The notes below the pieces were generated by a model. It was given only the letters and a program-made list of their open reading frames with translations, was not told where the DNA came from and did not search any database. A DNA stretch of 64,000 nucleotides. It comes from Asterias rubens. Its lineage: Eukaryota. Location: positions 1,736,001 to 1,800,000 of the forward strand of contig NC_047070.1 of the NCBI RefSeq assembly GCF_902459465.1, read 5' to 3'. Below, in pieces: positions 25,201 through 39,135 of this stretch (positions are counted from its first letter, which is position 1; every line of letters begins with the position of its first letter). Made by a program: the position numbers and the translations under genes.

Positions 25201-28200
25201 GTATCCAATAAAATCACTGGTTCTGAAAAGCAAGTACCTTTCTTTATCATTGTGGATAAAGACAGGGGACCAGTCTACTTGCCAGTTTACCTCCGTGAAC
25301 TTGGGGGAACCATCTATACCGTGTGAGACTTACGCGCTAGTGTCAACATTCCCACCACACAGATGTTGCACTGTGTGAAGTTATGATTTGTGAAAATATT
25401 GGCTCTTGCTAAACAAATGATCTCGTATCTACTATCTAAGACTAAGAATTTAAAGGCACTAGGCACATTTGGTAATTGTCAAAAAACAGCCGTCGATTTC
25501 ACCAAACTGTTCATAACTTGAGATTAATCTTAGGACTTAGGACGAGTTAAGCTCCGTATCAATATATGTAAGACGCATTGAACCCATCCCAAGTTAAGAC
25601 AAGTTATATATTCGTACCTTTAAAACTTTCCTTATAACAACTTTCTAACTTTTAGTTGATTTTGTAACAATAATAATGTACTTCCGAATGTTTCGGCATA
25701 AACTAGGAATTACCGTGTTTCGTTTAAAGGTTTAAAACAATGTTCACAATGCAAGTTCATTCATGACCGGACTCGTGCAACAGAAAACAGGAATTGCATT
25801 TAAAACAAATAACTAAAGAGCTGAACTTTATCAATAATAATGTTTGGTTAAACATGATTTTATTAAGAATGTTTTGTTGTGGGTTTTTTTGTGTGGGGGG
25901 GTTCATGTTGTGTGTGTTTGTGTGTTTGTTCTTTGTTTTGAGCTGGGGCTCAATATTGGCGTTTTGGTCGCGGTCGCATGAACCTGAAATGTTCATCGGG
26001 CCACTCGCCTGAAACTTTACGAACCTTTCGAGCCACTCTTAAACGTGTAATCACAACAAGCTCATGTATTGCAGATCTACCTCAAAAGATTACATGCTAA
26101 TATGCCGTTACTAATTAAACAGGAAACTTGTATATACTAATCATATTAAAATAGTAATTGAAACGCAGTTAAGATAATAATTGAAAGTTAGTACATACGC
26201 CTCACCCAACCAAAGGAAATTAGACTCCTTTCATTGACGTCACAATAGCTGACACCCTACCTCGGAGAAATCGTGTCAAATCTCATGCTTCACTTGCAGT
26301 TCCCGCTATCAGTTAAAGTAAGAAAGGAAAGTGAACATTGAGGGGTATGGTTTTGCCTTGTGTCGCTAACGCACTGCACCGTGAGGCTAGCATGGGACCT
26401 GAAAATGGGTCCACAGTCAGGCCGTGCTTCCAGTGCGTAATCCCCCGGTTACTTGTCCGTGTCACGCTCGGTAACCGCCCGGAAACTAATCGCCTAATCT
26501 GCCCACTATGGACACAATTCGGATGAAAGGACAAATCAAAATAATATTTGAGGCTTCCTCTTATCACACAGTCAGTGATTTCAGGCTGTTTAAGACGTTT
26601 GTTTGTTCACTAACGGCTGCCGCTCGATCGTGTCAGCGTCGGATAATTGTTTGTTTTGGTAAAGTGTGTTACGAAATAAGGCATTATTTGATTTCAAAAC
26701 CAATTCGAAACTAATTTAATCTGTATGGTATTAACTGGGGCATGAATGAAAACACGGTTATCTTGCCAGACGGAAGTATGTTCAATGGTTTGAAATCGAT
26801 TTATTGTCAGAGTCTTGAAAAAATAATAATTTGACGAAGACCATTGAGTTATTGTGGCAAAATTAGTTGGATACAATGAGCGCGAACTAAAGCTATTGTT
26901 GTCATAACAACTGAACGTCAATCAATAATGGGGAAACAAATACCTTGAAATTAATTCCAGCGATTGAAAATGAAAGCTTTTCGATCTTTCAAAACAAGAA
27001 CCAGGTCGGTAAAGAAGACGTCATTCGGCAGATGGGGGTTGGGTTCCCGATGGAACCTCCCATTAAATATAGGAAAAGTGTGCAGACTGGTGGGCATGCT
27101 CATATTGTGTGCACTCACTGTGTAGCCCACCCTCACTAAGGCCGTGTCCGAAACGGTGAGTTCGGCTTGAGATACGACTAGATCGCGCGCGTCTGGCTAT
27201 TCTTCATCACTTGCAGACGCAGTGATCTAGCCGTAACTCAAGCCGAAGTCGCCGTTTCGGATCTGGGCCAGTAGTTCTAAACAACAAGTAGGCAAACTTG
27301 CATACCACAGGACTGATCTTATATATACCCAAGTCCAAACAAGTTGCTTTTGGGTGACATAGGAGTCTAGGAGATGGAGAGAGATATGCCATAGTAACAA
27401 AATTGCCTATAAGACTGTACGGGTTAGCTACGGTTTAGGGAAGTCAAAGTTACGGAAAATTATTATTGAACATTTATACCAGGTCAAAAAAGTAGGTCAG
27501 GCAACAATTTTCGTTAATTTATGTTCTGTAAATCGATAATATTTTGTGATCGCTGTTGTTGTCGATATGTGTTCAGCGTGGTTGATTTGTTGTTTAACAA
27601 GCGTCCAATGTTCGTGCAATTTTCTAGCACTACTACTACTGCATGCTAATGTCTGCCCCATGTCAAAGTCACTGTCGTTCTGTCATTGTCAATGCTGTTG
27701 TCATTGCTGTTGTCATTGTCGTTAATGCTATCAACGTTGTGTACTTTTAATTCCAGATCCTTAATTTAAAAAGACACACTTCAATACTTTCAAATGAAAA
27801 TCATAAAATTGTCTCAGTTTTTAAAATATGTCAATGGAATCCAATTTCGGAATTCTGTCAATGAGCATATTAAAGCAGGACGTCATAACTGGACATTTAC
27901 ATGGGAGGGCATAGCCATAATTTGGGTGGGGCTATCTAACCATCAATTTAAGCAATGTTTCGATCCATTTGGCGTGGGGGGGGGAGGGGGGGGGCAAGAG
28001 GGCTAGCACAACTCCCCATTGTCAAAATAACTGATGGAATTGGAACCGCCCAAGCCGGAGCACAAGCCAAATTCGTTGTTTCGATAACGCCATAATGAAC
28101 CAAAATATTCTGCCAATAGAAAAAATTTGTTGTGTGTTGTGTTATAAATCCAACCGTCCAATGAAGACTACCCAAGGCTGGTGTAGGCCTAACACACACA

Positions 28201-28642
28201 CTGCCTCATCCATCAACTTCGTTTATTCAGCCTCTCATAATGCTGAATGAATAATTAATGGTCCATCATCCTCCCGTTTTTCAATGTGTGTACCGAGTTC
28301 GATTTTTTCCTCCCAGTGAGAATGTAAATAGAACAAGTTGATGGGATTAGGGGGTTTCAGACAGATGATTACAGCTCCACTGTCATTCACGTCACCCGTT
28401 GAAAACCACTTAAATACGGAGGCGTTACTGGCGCTAAGCCTCACACAACCCGTCACCACCCCGAAAACACCATTTATCAAAAGCGATGAGTTGGTGGAAC
28501 TTCAAGGAGTATTAAAAGTGTCCGGTGTTCCATTCGGCATCTCATGACATTGAAATCCACTTTAAACAAACTCTGAGCTGAGAAAAGTCTGGCCCTTGCA
28601 CAGCGAAGTATTTTGGAAATAGCAAATTTGGTACTTTTCACA

Positions 28643-31600
28643 ATGATGAGTCCAGAGTCGTACCCAACTTTGTTTCCGTTCTCTTCACCGAGTGTCTGGC
28701 ATACCAGCACCGGTCTACCACTCTCCTACGGCCCCATGGTTATCAGCCAAGCCCGCTATCTGTATCCTCTCTCCGCATCGTCATCAAAGAGACGACATCC
28801 GCGCTGCAGTGATGAAAAAAGAACATCTTCCTTCACCATTGATGCCATCTTAGGTCTTCGGGAGGCTGAGGTGAACAATTCAAAGGAGAAACACAACCTC
28901 GAAGATGCAGTGAATGAAGTATCATCTCATGAGACTCGTTTTGATGGTGTTGAGAAGATACCGAACAGGCGACACGCGACCGTGTTCTCACCCAAGTTGC
29001 CGGCCGGTCATATCGCGTTTGTGCCCGGTTGCCTCTCTCCTCTGTCTGGTGGTGATGATCAAACGGCTCGGAGATCCATATTGAAAGGAGAGATTGTGAA
29101 AGAGAGCACCTTCATCAAAGGGACTAATGAAGAGTTCAAGTTTCTCGGTTCATATGGAACAGCTGAAAGCTGCCGACAAGGACTAGGTAATTATGCAATG
29201 GTAACTTTCTAGGGTCTATAAAATTGAAAACAAAATGCACAGTGACGAATAGTCCCGCTTTTTCTAAGGAAATTTGATTTGAAACAGTCTAATTTAAAAT
29301 ACACTAATGGTACAGTATTCTGTTTCAGAAGTCCTAAGGAAAATAAAATATACTTTAATTATACAGCATAATAATGAAATTTCTGTATGATTTTGAAAGG
29401 TAGGCTATATAAAGAGTGCCTGAATAAGAGTAGGTTGGACGAGCAAACATAAAATGGTAAACTATATGCTGAACTTCTCCACACTACAGAATATTGTGAA
29501 CGGTTGAATACAATCAATGTCATTTGTTTTCCTCTTGAGAATCGCCACATACACTTTGAATCGATATTGCCTGAAAATGTTGCCCCATTCAGTTTCAATA
29601 GAAATGTTAAATTAATTTTGTTGTGTCAATCGTCGAGTGCAAAACAGAAGTTTAATTCTGCACCTGTGTTATGACTCGCATGTTTTTTGCCAGAGCAAGG
29701 ACCAGAGCTTGCTCTATGCATGGTTTTACTCAGTCACAATTAGATTGGTCAGAGATCAGTCCATCTTTATAAGTTGACGTTAGTCAAGATAAATTACCCC
29801 TGTCACTACCACCCTCGCCGTCCCGAGAGACCAGGTACTTCATTAACTTTGTTAATTACAATTCAATTGGAGCGAAGACTCCGCCTGGGCCACTTCGAGT
29901 CGTTTTGTACCCCTATTGATTATTATACCGAAATAGATATACAGTGCTAGCCTTACCCTGTCATTATTGTGAATAACGTTGTTTGTATTCAATTACGTCC
30001 AAAGAATACATTGAAAGAGTAGGGGATGGCAGCACATTAGGGAATCCTTTAAGATTTCAACCCCTCTTATTCAGACTGTCTTATGTGACAATGCCCAGGT
30101 GCGAAGACGGTCCCACTGGGGTCTAGAGGAGACAGTGGAAGTATCAACCCCCTTGTGAGAAGGGTGTGAAATGTACTGACCGTGTGAACAAAGTGTTTCC
30201 TCTCAGGCTATCGAATTAATCATGTTTATAGAAACAGTTTGGACAAGAAATCTGAAGAGCAAATAGAAAGTACTGAAGTAGTTTTAAAGATGGTTTAAAC
30301 GAATTAAAGAGGGTGGCAGATATCTTGATTGATAATGTGTGATATTGCAACAAAGTCGGCTTAGGTCGAGGTGTTCTCTCTCATAAAAGCACTGATGACC
30401 ATTGGTAATTACTCACCACTTACTTGCTAACAAGCAATGGAGAGCTGTTGGTATAGTATAAATTATTGTAAGAAACAGCTCACTCTGAAGTAACATAGCT
30501 TTTGAGAAAGAAATAATTTCTCACTAAAATATTTGAATTGAACAATTCACTCCGACTCTTGTCCGAGTGGTGACAGTTTTGCTCTTTGTAGAGTGAAAGT
30601 CAGTCTGTGTCACTCTTTTTGCGTGCACTTTGGAACGAACTTCATACTCTAAATCGAGTTGAAAGTATCCGTCTTAAGCCGTGTTCGCAAACTAACCGAG
30701 CCTATGGGTATAGCTTACACATTTCAAGTCCAGTGCGAACAGTCCGGGTAACTTTCCTGACAGGTATAACTTACACACGCCTAAAGAGTTGTCCGCCATT
30801 ATGGCTCTTTGAAAGAATGGTTTGGCGGACAAAACACGTGATTTTTATTCATTTTTTCATTTTAAGCTGAAAAGGAGCTTATTTTTCAGACGAAATCATT
30901 CCAAACTTGAACCAGTCTTTATTATAACAGCTACAATCTTTTCTTCCATGAAGACTTAAATGTTACAACAACGATACAACAACGAGGGCAATTCAAAAAT
31001 ACCAATCTGGAGTTAATCTTATCATTTAAAAATCAGCTCAACATGAAAGCTTTTTTTCCATTGCTGCCCAGTCGAACCATTGAAAAAAATAATACTTTTA
31101 TAAAACAAGACCATTACAAAAATTGCACAACCAACAATAAAAACAACGAAGGGAAAGGAAATTTTGGACTTGAGGATTGCTCACAATAAACAAAATTGGA
31201 CTCATAAAATTACTCATCGAAGTTGCAAGAGAATAATGAAAAATAACAGACAATTAGTGCACAAGTGTGTGCTTTCAGATGCCTATTAAAATAAAAGGCT
31301 TCAGCTGAAGTAGTTTGTTATTGATTGAGAAATTACCTCTTTCCTCAAAATCTACGTAATATACTTCAGAGGTAGTCATTTCTCACAATGTTTCATACTA
31401 TCAACCGCTTAGTTCTCGGTATCAATGAAATTTTTATGCGAACAAAAAAAATATTTTGAGTAATTACCAACATAGGCCCCTAGTAAGTGTCCAGGGTCCT
31501 TTAACAAGAAATTCGGATCTGGGTGATCTTATGCTATAGGTTGGCTTCTCTAACACTAACACTAAATAGTACCTGAAAGCTCATTAATTTATTTTGGTTT

Positions 31601-33991
31601 GGAGGGTTTTTAGTCCATTCTATGGTTTTTATTTTTAAAATTGTTGTCCCTCCCTCCTATTGCTACGGTGTTTTGTTGTGAGTGCATTTTTGTCCCTCTC
31701 AATAATCTGGATTTGCTTGTGTTTTAATGTTTTCTTGAGTGATTTTTAAATGTTTCAGTGCAATCTCCTTGTTATATTGTATAATTATATTTTTATTGTT
31801 GGCAGGGGTCTGGTTTTATACATCTTTTGATGACAGTTTTTATACTTTTGTTTTAACCTTGACAGCCCCTGTACAACTTCTGCCCTTTGTGTTTGTCTCA
31901 AGATTTAAAATAAATAAATAAATAAACAAAAATAATATCCTTTCTGAATGTAGGTCGACATGACTCCGGATTGAAACGGTCAACTCGACTCGATTGGAGC
32001 GATGATGGTATCCACGAACAGACCAAACCGAAACGGGTCCGAACCATCTTCACGCAGGACCAACTCGACCGTCTAGAGAATGAATTCTCCCGGCAGCAGT
32101 ATATGGTCGGCACGGAGAGGTTGTACCTGGCATCACAGCTGGATCTGTCTGAATCACAGGTAAGGATTTGGCCCCAATTTCATAGAGCTGCCTAAGCACA
32201 AAAAGCGGCTAAGCACCAAATGCTTAACAGAATACTGTTACCAGCTAAAGTACTATGTCACATGTACAAGTGGTGACGGGTATCCTGCTCATTTCTGCTA
32301 AGCAGACCATTTGTATATCATATTTTCTGTAACATGATGGGTCCACAGTACAAAACTGGCAAAGATTCAAAATCTTAAACAAACTGGGCAAAAAGTAGTG
32401 AGTAAAATGCATCTAAATATTCTAATGACGGCCAGGAGCCGAAGCCGTAAAGGCTTTGCGTTCGCACATTCTTCTCGTAAAGATATGCCTTACGCTAAAC
32501 GGCAAACATGTTCCCCTTATTAGCCAACCAATTCTCCCTAAAAATAGCAAATTTGGTTAAGGCAAATAAAGCACATTTACAAATTTGGCATAAATAATGT
32601 GTTAATTGCACCAAAACCAGAGAGCAAAATTCATGGGGCCCTAAAACGGGCCCGGAACCCACACTCGTTTTTCTAGTAGTTTTAACATCCTGGCTAGAAT
32701 GCTGTGTGTATCGTGCGGCCCCTTATATAGGCGACTAATTCTCCCCTAAGAATATTAACCAAACAAGTTGTAATAAAAGGGAAATAAAGCAAAGCTCAAC
32801 TGGGTGAAAACAATAACGTGAAACGCCTCTGAGGTGTCACAGAGAGCATTTGATGTAAACAATAAACCGCCGGGCCCACAGCGGACCCAGACCCCATGCC
32901 GTAAAGGCTTTGCGCTTCGCTTACCCGTTCTTGTGTTGGAAATTACCCATACTTGGTAAAGGGGTGTGATGCGTGGTCACGTTTGGACCCACACCCTCTC
33001 ACCAGTTAGACAATTAAGAATCTTTTTAATTACAATTGGCACTGCAGTTAACTCATGCCCCACCGATGTCGCATGTACTATGGACACGAGCCCGTATAGA
33101 AGGGCATAATACGTCAACTGAGTGACGATGTATCAACAAGTATTACAGCGTTTATATAGACTACATGTAGTTCTGTAGCAAGAAAAGCCTTTATAGGCCA
33201 TCATGCCAGACACGCTAACGCCCAAAAGCTTCAAAATTTGGACTCAATATTGGTCATTTAAGTTGCAAGAGAACAATGAAATTACTATTGGTAATGGTCA
33301 AAGATCAGTCTTGGTGTATCTCAACATATGCATAAAATAACAAACCTGTGGACATTTTAGCTCGGTTGGTCGTCGAATTTGCGAGATAATGTTGAAAGGA
33401 AAAAACACCCTTGTTACACGAAGTTGTGTGCTTTCAGATGCTTGATTTCGAGACCTCAAAATCTAATTCTGAGGTCCCAAAATAAAATTCATGGAAAATT
33501 ACTTCTTTCTCGAAAACAACGTTACTTCAGAGGGAACCGTTTCTCACAATGTTTTGTACTATCAACAGCTCCCCATTCTCGTTACCAAGTAAGGTTTTAT
33601 GCAAACAATTATTTTGAGTAATTACCAATAGTGTCCACTGCCTTTAACACATACTTTTTTTTCTTTCAAGGTTAAAGTGTGGTTCCAGAACCGTCGAATC
33701 AAATGGCGCAAGCAGAACTTGGAGCAGCAACAACACAAGTTGGCCAAGTATCGAGCCTTGAGGGACACAGAAAGAAAAGATCTACAAAGCGGCGACGATC
33801 GAAAGGTAAACGAGAGGTTTGACGAGGGTGACGTCACAGTAGACGTAAACATCGCCGAGGGAATTGTTTGTCAAGACAAGGAAAAAAAAACTATAACGAA
33901 AGGAAACCAGTCGTCAGGGAAAGAAGGCAGTTTCGATCCAGCCACCTCGTCCCCAAACTATCTCCTTGAAACCCATGAGTTAAAGGTGTGA
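28643..33991 (+). CDS. Not: Not/Noto-class NKL homeobox protein, 356 aa; join(28643..29186,31954..32159,33671..33991)
   Basis: Homeodomain [45 protein letters not shown]|[15 protein letters not shown], followed by [12 protein letters not shown] as in Xnot-type proteins (QQYMVGTER is diagnostic). eh1 motif FTIDAIL in exon 1. Both introns are GT-AG with consistent phases (1, 0). Confidence 0.93.
33230..33643. mobile_element. family-A MITE in Not intron 2, ending 27 bp before the exon-3 acceptor
   Basis: Family-A body and right TIR followed by TTAA at 33644-33647. Confidence 0.85.
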
Positions 33992-34724
33992 AAAGAGTGT
34001 CTGTTATAATTAATTTACGAACGATCCATGCAGCCACTGGACGAACTTCGGCCCCAAAATATCTCCTGAGGATGTACAAAAATAATAGTTATTAGTATAT
34101 TTTATTCCTATAAAATAGGAATTCAATGACAAATATAGTGAGTTGAATTTGTCCATGATGAAGGATATCGTAGTTGCAGTACAATCATGGTTTTATTAGC
34201 ACGATGGAAATTACAAATTGGCCTTTACTTGTAAATACTCTGTTCTCTGTCCCTGTAAAAAAAAACATATTTCATGAATATCATGAGCTTTTAATCTATT
34301 AACGCAATCAATACATTTCTTACTTCTTTATTGTTTATTAAACCCAGATCCTACTTGTAGATGCCTTTTATCAAACAGTTGTCTATGCATCGTAGGCTCC
34401 AAAATGAGCATCTTCGGTCGGCAGTACTTGCGCTTTGTAAGTCTTACTTATTATTTATTATTTTCGCCGCTCGACCATTTACGTTCCCCGTCAATTACTA
34501 CATAATGGGTCTTTTAATTTGTACTTAATTGGTCAAATTATTTAACTTGTGTGTAGGCAAGCCAAAACATTGATCCATTTTTCATTACACCTACCAAACG
34601 TTTAATTATTTCTGAATACCAAAACCGTGTGAAAACAGCACCCTGCCCCGTCACATCTCCTTAGACAAACATTTGACATATCGATTGGTTATAAGGATGC
34701 TCGTCAGTGAAGGGAGACTTTGCT

Positions 34725-35410
34725 TATAGAAGCATTGATTTCACGGCTACAGCTCATGTCGGTAAAAACCCAAATCATGATGATTGATTGCATTTTTGTA
34801 CAAATTTAGTTGAAGTTTATCAGGAAATATTTACTGAAACTTTTGTGGAGTCATTGATATGGTCACAGCAGCTCATGTCAGAATGATTGGATTTTGTGTG
34901 TGTACAAATTTAGTTGAATTTATACATATTTAGTTAAGTTTATCAGCAAACTATAATGGCATATAGTATTTACTGAAACGTTTGCGGAGTCATTGATTTC
35001 ATGCCACAGCCCAAAACATGATTGATCGCATTTTTGTACAAATTTAGTTGAAGTTTTACATTAACTGAGACTTTTTTGGAGTCATTGATTTCACGGCCAC
35101 AGCTCATGTCAGTAAAACCCAGAAGATGATTGACTGCATTTGTTGTACACAAAATTTTCTAAACTATTTACTGAAACTTTTGTGAAGTCAAAGTTACATA
35201 AGTTTTAGAAATTAAAATAATATTATTTAAAATAATGATTGATTGCATTTTTACTGCAAGTTTAGTTGAAGTAAAGTTTATCGGCAAACTATTTACTAAA
35301 CTAAAAACCTAAAACATGATTGACTGCATTTTTTTGTACAAAGGTTTAACTAAAGTGTATCATTAATTAGCAAACTATTTACTGAAACTTGTGTGGAGTC
35401 AAAATGACAT
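34725..35410. repeat. degenerate tandem array, about 105-135-bp units, about 5 copies
   Basis: Recurring GTACAAATTTAGTTGAA, TTTACTGAAAC and GGAGTCATTGATTTCA. Confidence 0.7.
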
Positions 35411-35467
35411 TAGTTGTAGACATTAAAATAATATTTCAATTTGGAATTTAGCATGATTAAGATTGTT

Positions 35468-35840
35468 AAAGACACTGTGAGACAAATTGACAAAGACCAG
35501 TCTTCTCACTTGGTGTATCTCAACATATGCATAAAATAACAAACCTGTGAAAATTTGAGCTCAATCGGTCGTCGAAGTTGCGAGATAATAACGAAAGAAA
35601 AAACACCCTTGTCACACGAAGTTGTATGCTTTCATGCTTGATTTCGGCACCTCAAAATCTAATTCTGAGGTCTCGAAATCAAATTCGTGGAATTTCTTTC
35701 CTTCTCGAAAACTCCGTTACTTCAGAGGGAGCCGTTTCTCACAATGTTTTATATTATCAACCTTTCCCCATTACTCGTTACCAAGTGAGGTTGTATGCTA
35801 ATAACTATTTTGAGTAATTGCCAATAGTGTCTACTGCCTT
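35468..35840. mobile_element. family-A MITE; degenerate copy about 36400-36726
   Basis: Family-A body and TIRs. Confidence 0.8.
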
Positions 35841-36129
35841 TACACACAATATGAAAACTAACTGGACTTTCATAGCTAAGGGTTATTATTTCTGATCATA
35901 ATTGAGTTCTACTTCCTGGATATTAAAAATTTCAAATAACTATTTTAAATAATATACTTTTTGTGGAAGTAGATTTAACGATGTGTTTATATTTTCTTTC
36001 GAACAAGTGTCACTGACGGAATTATACTATTTTTGTTAGTATTCAAGTTTAAAAAATAGAATTTACTGTTTCAATCTGCCCTCAACCAAAAAGAATTTGG
36101 TATACTGGTCCAAGAAGTATTTTATTATG

Positions 36130-36380
36130 CACTGGATACTCTCTCAATGTAATAAGAGTGAAAACACCACTCTTTACATTTCGAGTTGTCCCTCATTATG
36201 GCTCTTTCAAATGAGTGGTGGTTATTTCACTCTTTTTGAGGGGTTTCACTCCAGGACAGAGTGAAAAATCACTCAAAAAGATGCAAACTTCAATCTAAAA
36301 GAGTGGAAGACCACTCGAAAAAGAGTTGTCCTTCATATTATGGCACTTCAAAGAGCGCCTTCACTCTTTTGCATTTAGAG
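36130..36380. repeat. dispersed repeat rich in AGAGTG/CACTCT, possibly CACTA/EnSpm-derived; related to about 30545-30830
   Basis: Shared GAGTTGTCC..CATTATGGCTCTTT motif at both loci. Confidence 0.4.
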
Positions 36381-37359
36381 AATAAGTGTGTTAATAATTG
36401 TCAAAGAACAGTATTCTCTCACTTGATGTATCCAAAAAATGAATCAAAATAACAAATCTGTTAACATTTGGGCTCAATTGACAAACGAACAAATGGAAGA
36501 AAAAACACCGTTGTTGACAGATGTGTGTTCTCTCAGATGCTTGAGAAAGGCTTCGGGCTCCAAAGTCTGTCTCAGATTCAAGGATTATTGTTTTAGTGAG
36601 AAATCAAAAACGAGAGAGTCGTTTCTCATAATGATTTTATCAACAGCTCCCCGTTGCTCGTTATCCAAATAAGTATATAATGCCAATATAAATTTGGAGT
36701 AATTACCAAACGTGTCCACACTGCCTTTAACGGTCGACGTTTCGATCCGTGGTCTTTAGAGACAATTAACGGCCAAAAAGTCTGACCATTGACTGTTTTG
36801 TTGCACTTTGTTTGATTAATTCAATGTCACATCGAGGGGTGCATCTGCGTTATTATTCGGCGGGGGAGGGGGTACAGACCAGGGCAAAGAACTAATTTCT
36901 ATTTCAGTGGCATCGTACTTTACCAATTAATTACAGTGTAATGATCTATTGAGCCGTACAACAATACGTTGCGAAGCTAATCGTCTGGAATTATGAATAT
37001 GAACAGTTATATTCGTGCGCATGCATCAATTTAACCGCAGAGTTTTACAAAAATGAGAAACAAATTGGCTCTGAATACCATTATTACCGGTTTATTGGGT
37101 TTTAAAGTTCATGGACTGATTTGAATAAAGAAATCTATGTTAACGTGTAATTTGTTGGCATTGGATTTATACACCTTTGATAGACGTTCAGTAGTCAACA
37201 ACTTGTCTTCTTGTCGGTTTAATTAATTCGTTTATTTTGATTTATTATCACCAAGTAGGAGTGGTGCGGTGGAGTGGCTGGAAAACAGTCTTGAGGGGGG
37301 GGGGGGGCTTGGTCAGATAATTATGGAGTTATTGTGTACGTTAGGTTTTTAATAAAAAA

Positions 37360-37773
37360 CTAGCGGGTTGCCGCGCTTCGCGCGGCACCCCGCTAGATGA
37401 GGAGGATTCTAGTAATAATACAAATGTTGTAAAAGGTAATGTGGGGTAAGGGAGGTATTCTTACAGGTAATAATCATTTCGTAGGATTGGATTAGAAATT
37501 ATACTTATAATCGGTATTGAATATTGTCATTAATGTTGTATTTTGATAAATTGTTGAGCGTGCACGACATAGTTGTTAAACGTCGCCTCCCCTCCTCACC
37601 TTCTCTCTCTTGCGTTCTCCAACTAAAGGAATTAGTGTTTGTTTCTGGAATTGAGCTTTAACATTTGGGAAGGGTATACTTGGCATGATATGTAGGGTTT
37701 TACGTGATATTTTAGTGTTGATCGAGCGGGCCTACGCATTATCCCATTCGACTGTTTTATTCTTTATAAGAGA
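37360..37773 (-). mobile_element. non-autonomous Helitron, 414 bp
   Basis: Minus strand reads A|TCTCTTATAAAG...GC-rich hairpin CCGCGC GAA GCGCGG...CTAG|T: 5'-TC, 3'-CTAG, insertion between A and T, no TSD. Confidence 0.8.
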
Positions 37774-38383
37774 TGTTAAATTTGCATCGGGGATAAAGAA
37801 TATGAATTTTGGTTTTTACCCATACACCGATGTGTGTTAGCACTGCTGACACTCAGTGCATACCCAGTACTGTTTTATTCTTATTTAACTACAGAGTACA
37901 ATAAAACAACAAACATGGGATACTTCCATTACAAAATAGGCGTTATGATTGGGTTACGAAATAAATGTAGAGTTCAAAGACTGGTTCAGGGGTTTGAATA
38001 ATAAATGTAAAATTTAATTTATTGCCTGATAGATATTCAGTCGCTATTACTTTTCCAAAAGGCCAATACAAAAATATGTTTAGAGCCCCCCCCCCCCGCT
38101 TTTTTTTTTTTTAATGGTCGCCTTTTTTTAACTATAAAAAGGGAGACATTTTAACGATCTCAGACGGGAAAAAAACAACTTTGAATAATAATCATAGCCG
38201 ATTGTTTTTCAAAACGTGTCCTCCTCCTTCCTTTTTTCAAAAAAGACATGTTTTTTCGCCTTATCGATTTTTGCAAATTTAGATTTTGCTTAATATTGGA
38301 GAGTGACAGAGGGCTAGAGGGCTGGGTAGTAGTATACATTTGTTTTTTTGGAAAAGTTTGATTGTTTTATATAATGCTCTTAA

Positions 38384-38750
38384 AGATGCTATGTCAGATT
38401 TTTTGCCCCAAACATTAAAAACTAGATTTTTTGAGTGAATGGTATTTCAAAGAGTATCACCCGCTATAACGAGAAAAAGTTAAGCTTTTAATTGTAATGG
38501 TCAGGAACCATGACAACAATTTTAAACGTTTCTTATAAAACACATAAGAATTGGTCTCGTGATATTGTCATGATCCAGACAAAAACTAATTTTGAGCACT
38601 TGATTTCACTGCTACTAACGATTGGCGGACTTTTTCGAGCAATGGCTCAAAAATGAAAGCTTGTAACTTTCTCGACCCCCATCAAAATACCTATTGAATT
38701 TTAAATCAAAACCTTGGGGTCAAATTGGCCAAAAATCTGACACAGCATCT
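38384..38750. mobile_element. Kolobok-type MITE, family G
   Basis: ttaa|AGATGCTATGTCAGATTTTT...AAAAATCTGACACAGCATCT|ttaa (19/20 TIR match). Confidence 0.85.
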
Positions 38751-39135
38751 TTAAAGTTAGATTATAATAAAACACATCTTGTAGGCCTAGCCTGAAACTG
38801 ATATATATATTGTTCCGTAACCCTACTAGAAGCAATAATTTTAATTTCTAAATGATATTATTATGTTGTGATTATTTTCAACCACTTTTTGTAGCTTTGT
38901 TTTCCTGTCAGACGACAGAAAAGTTTTCCTAAAGTCCTCTTTCGATGTCCGCCCGATTCCCCCCCCCCCGTGAGGTCCTGCCGAAAATACCTATAAATCC
39001 GTCGCAATCTATCTCACATCTCAAACCTATCGCAAGCGCATTTTAACAGGGGTATTTAGACATCGAAGCCCCCTACCTTTAACCCCACCACCCCCCCAAA
39101 AAAAAAAAAAAAAAATAATAATAATAATAATAATA

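Noticed and set aside
28613-28642. ORF-track TTG start and intron read-through of Not (to 29212)
   Set aside because: The first ATG is at 28643 and a phase-consistent donor at 29186/87 joins exon 2.
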